The notes beneath the pieces were generated by a model. The model saw only the letters and a list, made by a program, of their open reading frames with translations, had not been told where the DNA came from and made no database searches. DNA of 64,000 bases from the human T2T-CHM13v2.0 reference genome, Homo sapiens, in NCBI RefSeq assembly GCF_009914755.1, contig NC_060929.1, one strand, 5' to 3'. Shown in pieces: positions 56,800 to 64,000 of the stretch (position 1 is the stretch's first letter; the number at the start of each line of letters is the position of its first letter). Made by a program: the position numbers and the translations under genes.

Positions 56800-57655
56800 T
56801 AAGCCATCAGAAAAACCCTTCTAGACATTGGCTTAGACAAAGAGTCCATGGGCAAGAACCCAAAAGCAAATGCAACCAAAACAAAGATAAATAGATGGGA
56901 TTTAATTGAACTAAAATGCTTCTGCATAGCAGAAGAAATAATCAGCAGAGAAAATAAACAACCCCCAGAGTGGGAGAAAATATTACCAACTATGCATTCC
57001 ACAAAAAACTAATATCCAGATTCTGCAAGGAACTTGAACAAATCAGCAAGAAAAAAAATAATCCCATCAAAAAGTGGGCTAAGCTCACACGTGGGGGTAG
57101 CTTACTGCCTGGGGTACTACCCTTGCCCATGCCTCTAGCTACAAAACAATTCAATTGTTGTTTTTGTAAATAAAATCTCAGCTAGCTCTGCCAACTGCCA
57201 AAAGAAAAAAAGAAAAAGTGGGCTAAGGACATGAATAGACAGACCATTCTCAAAAGATATACAAATGGCCAAGAAACTTGCTCAGCATCACCTGTTATTA
57301 GAGAAATGCAAATCAAAACCACAGTTTGATACCCCCTTACTCCTGCAAGAATGGCCATGATAAAAAAAAATAGATGTTGGCATGAATGTGGTGAAAAACG
57401 AACACTTTGACACTGCTGGTGGGAATGTAAACCAGTACAACCACTATGGAAAGTAGTATGAATACTCCTTAAGAAACTAATAGTATAACTACCATTTGAC
57501 TCAGCAATCCCACTACTGAGTATCTACCCAGAGGAAAATAAGTCGTTATATGAAAAGGGCACTTGTACACACACTTATAGCAGTACAATTTGCATTGCAA
57601 AAATATGGAACCAGCCTAAATGCCCATTGATAAATAAGTGGTTACATACATACAT
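56800..57655 (+). mobile_element. L1PB-like ORF2 3' segment, interrupted by a retrocopy
   Basis: aaaacccttctagacattggcttagacaaagag...aaataatcagcagag...cccactactgagtatctacccagaggaaaataagtc. Confidence 0.88.
57084..57212 (+). pseudogene. KRT8: 5'-truncated processed retrocopy of the keratin 8 mRNA 3'UTR end
   Basis: Non-L1 insert with AATAAA (57169-57174), A-tail and perfect 15-bp TSD AAAAAGTGGGCTAAG (57069-57083 / 57213-57227). cccttgcccatgcctctagctacaaaacaattcaattg...aataaaatctcagctagctctgccaa matches the KRT8 mRNA 3' end as I remember it; not BLAST-verified. Confidence 0.82.
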
Positions 57656-57749
57656 AGTGAATGTGACATCAAGAAGACACAAAAGGAAAATGTCAATATC
57701 AATTATATATTGGTTAGGAAGGATTCATAGACATATAAAAAAGAAAGAC

Positions 57750-58769
57750 TAATGGAATATTTTAACATTAACTATATATATATTTATAAATTTTATTGAG
57801 GTATAATATTCATAAACTAAAACTTTCTTAAAGATACACCCCATTACAAGATATATAGTATTTATAGAATCATAAAAATTCCTCTTGTTTTCCTTCCAGT
57901 AAATATTTCCCCAAAATATAACCACTCTGACTTCTACAAACACAGAGTAGGCTTGCCTGTGTTTGAAATTAATATCATAATATGGTAGATTATACTATTT
58001 TTATCTGAATTCTCTTGTAGATCATTGTAACTGTCAGATTCATTCATGTGTTGCAGTACTGTGGTAGCACATTCATATTCATTCTTTTGTAGTAATGCAC
58101 AATATAAAAAGCACAAATTACTTCCTATAATGTTGAGAAATATTTGGGTAATTCATGTGTTCATTGTGAATAAAACTGTTGTTCTTTTACCATTTTAGCC
58201 ATCATTTGTGATTTTCAAAATTTTTAATGAAGTTTAAATAATCAAATCTTTTAGCATGTCAATACTTTTGTTAACTGCTAATAAATATTTGTCTTCTTGA
58301 AAGTTGAAGAGATATTCTTCTCCATTTTCTTCTCAAAACTTTATCATTGTACTCAACATTTTGGTCTACTATTCATTTTAAATTGATAACTCTGTGTAGT
58401 GTAAGGTAGTAATTTAGATAATTTTTTCCCAAAGTAGGAATCTAATTTAAGCATTTTTTAAAGCATTTACTCACTGCACCACTAAATTTCAGGAGCAAAT
58501 CTGTCATAATCAGGTGATATTATTTGTGTGGTATGATTGTGTTTCTAGATTCTCCACTAAATTTTATTGATATTTATACTTGTTTGTATCAATAGCATTT
58601 TTAAATTGTACTGTTATTTTATATGAGTTCTTATCTGATACTGTATTCTGCAACATTGTTATCCTTCAGGACTGCTTTCAGTTTTTAAGTCCCTTGCATT
58701 TTTATTGCATCATCTTATCAATAACTGCCAAAAGGAAAAAAAATCAGTTAAGATTTTAATGGAGTTTTG
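57750..58769 (-). mobile_element. Old L1ME/MD-like fragment
   Basis: aaattttattgaggtataatattcata...cagattcattcatgtgttgcag...gagatattcttctccattttcttctcaaaactttat. Confidence 0.65.
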
Positions 58770-58868
58770 CACCAAAAGCAATGGCAACAAAAGCCAAATT
58801 TGACAAATGGGATCTAATTAAACTAAAGAGATTCTGCACAGCAAAAGAAACCACCATCAGAGTGAACA
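58770..58868 (+). mobile_element. Isolated ~99-bp internal L1PA ORF2 fragment with no tail and no TSD
   Basis: caccaaaagcaatggcaacaaaagccaaatttgacaaatgggatctaattaaactaaagag...accatcagagtgaaca, nearly identical to young L1PA ORF2 ([18 protein letters not shown]). Confidence 0.88.
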
Positions 58869-58869
58869 T

Positions 58870-59350
58870 TCAAAAATGACTTCATCAGATGAAGTGTTTC
58901 CTCAATATGCCAGCAGTCAACATTATAATTAATAATAATATTGTAAGCTTTGACCCTGTTAGTTCAAGGACATAATGAAGACTTACATTTCTGAGTTATA
59001 ATAAACATTGTATTAAATGTCCTAACCAGTTCAATAAGAAGTGAATAGAAATAAAAGGCAATCATTTTTGGAAAGAACAACATAAAATTTTCGTCGTTTG
59101 CAGACTCTTAGTTTTCTACCAAGAAAATGCAAAAGAAAGCACTAATTATCATTTAGATTTAATAAGTGAATTTGTTAAAAGTCTTTGGATACAAGACAAT
59201 TATATAAAAGTCAAGTTCGTACCTAGTAACAACCAATAAAAATTAGAAAGTTTAAATTATTCCAATTTAAATAGCATGCAATATATTTAAGAAAACAGTA
59301 ATAAACAGAATAAGTTGTACAAGTCTTCTCAGAAAACTGGAAGTATTACT
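58870..59350 (+). mobile_element. Old L1M ORF2 fragment
   Basis: aacattgtattaaatgtcctaaccagttcaataagaa...tttgcagac...ggatacaagacaattatataaaagtcaa is a degenerate RT region. Confidence 0.6.
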
Positions 59351-60030
59351 TTTGTACATATTAGTTATACTGATTTTTAAATACTGTCTATGATAACTCT
59401 AAAATATGGATCATCCTATGGCCTCTTCTTTACTTGTACTAAAAGGAAGAAGTCCTTCTCAGATATGAAGCAGAAGTCTCAAAAATTAAAAGATTTTTCT
59501 AAGAAATTCCAACATAAAATGGGTAGGGAAAAAATGTTCAAATCTTTTGATATAAAGCAAAACAAACGAAATAGATAATTATCAATAAGATAAAAGTTTA
59601 AATTGGCAGCATACTTCTTATCAAAAACCCTGGCTGTCTGTAGAAACACAAGCCAAACTTTCAACATCTTTATTACACATACAATTCTATTTATAGCAAA
59701 AATGCACTTTCAATACATGTCTGCATGTGTGTTTGTGTATGTGTGTGAGACAGAGAGAAAGCCAGAGGGATAGAGAGAGAGAAGGAAACAGATTAGCATA
59801 TTATCCAAAGTTTTGTGGATCCAGTCAAATTTGGACTTGTCAAAATTAAACACACACTCTCTCAGACACAGAAACACACACATTAAATAACAGTGCATAA
59901 AGATGGAAATTGTAGTTGTTAATATATTTGGTTAACAAAATTTAAACACATCATAATATTCTATGTTGATAAGGGTGTGTTGAACTCAGGAAATCTCAAC
60001 TTGATAAGCATTTGAGAAATACAAGTTGTT

Positions 60031-60092
60031 AAATATATATTTATAAATATAAATAAATATATATTTTTATATATATATAATAAATATATATA
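60031..60092. repeat. (TA)n / AT-only low-complexity tract
   Basis: About 60 bp of only A and T, seen directly. Confidence 0.9.
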
Positions 60093-60541
60093 TGTTTGAT
60101 TACACCTTTCTTTTACCCAAGTTCCATTTGCTTAGAAATTAATCTTATTGAAATAGTCATATGTTCTAATCATTTGATCAACTCTCTTCATTCATAGCTA
60201 TCCATCAAAAACATGCCATCCATATCTGATTCAATGGTCAAAATACAGACATGGTTTTGGATGGTGTATTGTGTATATTTTACTAATAAGTATAGGGAGA
60301 ATAAAAGCAAATCTGTAATATTAAGTAGTAGTAAACAAGAAGAAACTAATCTAACTAGGAAGTAGTAGAGATTTAGCTAAAGTGACAGTCTTAGGTGGAG
60401 ACCTAAATTAAAGAGTCATTTTGGCCATGTAATAATAGCATGTTAACATGTGGTGACGGGGTGGGAGAAAGAAGGCATGAGTGGCTTATCTCAGGTCCAG
60501 AAGAAGCAGGGTGGCTGGGTGTGAGGGGCTATGAGAGAGAA

Positions 60542-60954
60542 TGATATGGTTTGGCTATGTCCCCACCCAAATCTCATCTTGAATTGTAGCTCCCACAATT
60601 CCCATGTGTTATGAGAGAAACCTGGTGGGAGATTATTGAATCATGGGGCAGTTTGTCCCACATTGTTCTCATGGGAGTGAATAAGTCTCACCCCATCTGA
60701 TAGTTTCCCCTTTCGCTTGGCTCTCATTCTCTCTTGCCTGCTACCATGTAAGACATGGCTTTCACCTTCCGCCATGATTGTGAGGCCTCCCCAGCCACGT
60801 GGAACATGAACACGAGTCCATTAAACCTCTCTTTCTTTTCTTTTCTCTTTTCTTTCTCTCTCTGTCTCTGTCTCTCTCTCTTTCTTTCTTTCTCTTTCTC
60901 TCTTTCTTTCTTTCTTTCTTTCTCTCTCTTTCTCTCTCTCTCTCTCCCTCTCCC

Positions 60955-60987
<33 letters not shown>

Positions 60988-61347
60988 TTCTTTCTGACGG
61001 AGTCTCGCTCTGTCACCTAAGCTGGAGCGCAGTGGCACCATCTAGGCTCACTGCAACCTCTGCCTCCCGGGTTCAAGTGATTCTCTTGCCTCAGTCTCCC
61101 AAGTAACTGGGACTACAGGTGCCCGCCACCACACCTGGCTAATTTTTTGTATTTTTAGTAGAGATAGGTTTCACCGTGTTAGCCAGGATGGTCTCCATCT
61201 CCTGACTTCGTGATCCACCCGTCTTGGCCTCCTGAAGTGCTAAGATTACAGGCGTGAGCCACCGTGCCCGGCCGAAACCTCTTTTTCTTTAAAAATTACC
61301 CAGTCTGAGGTATATCTTTATAAACAGCGTCAAAACTGGCTAATACA
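60542..61347 (+). mobile_element. Solo THE1B/C LTR split by an Alu
   Basis: tgatatggtttggctatgtccccacccaaatctcatcttgaattg...aactggctaataca; perfect TSD GAGAA (60537-60541 / 61348-61352). Confidence 0.93.
60829..61274 (-). mobile_element. AluS (Sc/Sg-like) with tail converted to a ~165-bp (CT)n/(CTTT)n microsatellite
   Basis: gacggagtctcgctctgtcacc...ccaccgtgcccggcc; TSD aaacctct(c/t)tttcttt. Confidence 0.93.
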
Positions 61348-61419
61348 GAGAATAATGGAAGCTGACGCTAGACAGCAGGCATGGAAAGGAAAGTAATGCC
61401 TGGTCACCATCACAAAGAG

Positions 61420-61805
61420 TTCTATTAGTTTCCCAGGGCTGCTAAAGCAAAATTCTACAAACTGGCTAGCTTGCATAAGCAGAAATAGTTCTATGTGCTA
61501 GATTTCTGAAATTAAGCTGCTTGCAGGGTTTGTTTCTACTGGAAACTTTGAGGAAAATCTATTCTATGTCCTGCCCTTTGCTTCTGGAGATTGCAGTCAA
61601 TCCTTGGCACGTAGATGCATGGCTCAAAATTCTGTCTCTCTCTTCACATGGCCTCTCTGTGTGTCCCTTTGTGCCTCTCTTTCCAAATTTATCTCTTATA
61701 AGGACATCAGTCATTGGATTAAGACACATATTGCACATAACCAATACATGATTACAACTATACAAACCCAAATTCCAACATACCCTTTTGGGAGACAACA
61801 TTCAA
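61420..61805 (-). mobile_element. MLT1C/D-like LTR
   Basis: tattagtttcccagggctgct...tcttcacatggcctct...ttataaggacatcagtcattggatta...ttttgggagacaacattcaa. Confidence 0.78.
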
Positions 61806-64000
61806 TGGGATATCCTGCATGAGTTTTAAGTCAGAAAGTAATTTTCAAATATTTATATTATTTATTTAGAGCTGAATTGTATTGAGCTGGAACAGAAAAG
61901 CAAGACTGAAAGAAAAAAGGCCAACTAGATTACTTCTGAGGTAAATGATAGAATTGGAGAAAATAAAATAAGGTAGATAAGTAGAAGTGTAGAAAAGAAG
62001 AAAAAGTTAAGATATATTTGGAGATGAAATTCAAAGGACTTTCTTTAAAGAGATTAAGAGAGTAAGGAAATTAAGGAATAATAACATATGTATCTATGTA
62101 TATATAACTATGTTGTTTACTGCACAGTCTTTAGCATAATGTGATTACTATTAATATAGATGTCTATCCACAGAAGAATAGTTAAATTTATTAGTATATA
62201 GTCCAACTAGAGAATACTGCGCACTCTCTGAAAAGAACAAAATGTCCTACAGATAATGGCATAAACATAGCATATCTTCCATATTAGTTACTAGCTGATA
62301 AAAGAAAAATAAAATGGACATAAAATATAATATTTATATACATGTGTATTTTAATTAAAGGACATCATTAGAAAATCTTAACAATGCTTTCTTTTGAGTA
62401 TGGAACTGGATTAAGAAAAAAAGAGAAGGCTTTGAAATTTCTATTTACATTATTTCTTTATTTTGTCGGCATGTTAAATGATGTATACGTGTATTATGCT
62501 TGGAATAACAAACAGATGCTGCTTTTGTTATTTTTATAACATGATCATTTACCCAACTTTATGGTTTAACCCTAAAGAGTTCAATTCAGTATATTTCTTA
62601 ATTCCATAAAATTATACCATGTGATTCATTTTACTTGATTTAACAAATAAAAATATAAATACATTGTAATTCATTTTTGGTAAACCATTTCACAAAAGTG
62701 TGGGGAAATTAATTTGGGAATTACTCTCCTCATTGAAAAATATCTCATTTGCTAAAATAAGACAGTAAAACAGTACAGTTTAAATATTTATAAAAATAGG
62801 AAAGTTTGGCAAAAAGAGAGGAGTACACACCTGTGACTACTGAGTTGCTGTGAAAATTTCATTTCCTGATACAAAATTGTCTAAAGCACTTGGCTTTTGT
62901 TCAGTCACAATCCAAAGAACAAAACCAGCCAAGTTTTATATAACGAACATCTAGTTCCCTAGAGCCTTGTATCAGAAAACCTACACAACTTTTTGAATTT
63001 TCTAGTTAAATTTGCAATAAAGTTGTTAAATGTTTTTGGGTATATAGCCCTCAAATTCTTAATTTGCTTCATACATTGCATTGGGGTTAAAATTCATAGT
63101 GTCAAAATCAGCTCCTTTCTTACATGTGGTATAAAATTCTGTCTGATGTTTGTCTGTCTAGCTCCTATCCTATCTAACACCTATCTTACTTGACTAGATC
63201 CTTTATAGGTACCAATAATTACATTATATTTTTAAGGAAATTTTAAATTCACTGAAAAGAGCTGAAAGAAGGACAAAAGCAGAAAGGGAGAAATATATTA
63301 TTTTACATTGAGGACATATTTTGAAATGCTTTAATTAGTATGCAGCAGGAAGGTATAATAACAGCTGTAACTTCCTTGATTGGTGAAATGTCACTCCATA
63401 ATACAAGTTTATTTACTTTTCAATTATTAATTGAAGAGTCTTATCATTATTTCATCCTATTACTGATGAAACCAATTACTAAACCTATTACTAAAACCAA
63501 TACTAATCTAACATCAAACTGATGGTGAATTCTATAACCTTATTTGTGGTTCCAAATCTTCACCTTTTAAAATTTTATTTTGCATCGTGGCCACTTCCTT
63601 TCTCCTTATACCCAGGACAGTCATGGAAATTATTTCATTTCTAGGCCTATGATAGGAAACATAAATTTTATTAAACAAGAATGTCCAAAAGTACTTAGAA
63701 AGTTTCATGTTATTGATCTCAGTGATGATTACATGGTTGTTATCATGTTGTGAAAAATTTCTGCTGCAATATATTTATGATTTAAGCTTTATTTTTCATA
63801 TGTGTTGTGTATCAATAAAATCTTTACAGAACGTTATCATCCAATTAAACACCTTATGAAATTAGAAAATCACACAAGACTGATGGATTAAGATTTAAGG
63901 GTGAAAATCACAGGAAGGCTTGATGATTTGAAGCTTTCTTTTCCCTATTGTATTTGTTATCTGAGACACTGAGAATTGAGACTTAGCCAAGGCAGTTGGT

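Noticed and set aside
60724-61041. Charged ER/EK-rich 105-aa ORF resembling a coiled-coil protein
   Set aside because: It is the translation of the (GA)n/(GAAA)n Alu-tail microsatellite plus THE1 sequence.

Overview
This is AT-rich, gene-poor primate DNA, most likely human or great ape because AluY-type elements are present. I find no credible protein-coding gene. The ORF-track entries are decayed LINE-1, MaLR or Alu sequence, microsatellite translations or chance ORFs. Most of the window is interspersed repeats. These include two long minus-strand L1s (L1PA8-13-like at ~20.6-26.7 kb; full-length L1PB/L1PBa-like at ~29.8-40.5 kb), about 14 Alu-family copies including a FAM monomer, a complete MSTA-type LTR-int-LTR element, several solo LTRs, an ERVL internal remnant with readable pol peptide, and old L2/MIR/L1M/MER5 fragments. 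The most notable items are a ~130-bp 5'-truncated KRT8 3'UTR retrocopy with a perfect 15-bp TSD inside an L1, and several template-switch scars inside the L1PB (an inverted 55-bp insertion copied from 0.5 kb away, and a 37-bp near-perfect hairpin). Also notable are an inverted L1 missing ~4 kb between its segments, a tail-less ~99-bp young L1 patch at an old L1 strand-switch junction, and a multi-layer nested TE stack. I found no evidence of a new biological system. Subfamily names come from remembered consensus sequences, not a RepeatMasker run, and boundaries of old repeats are approximate.
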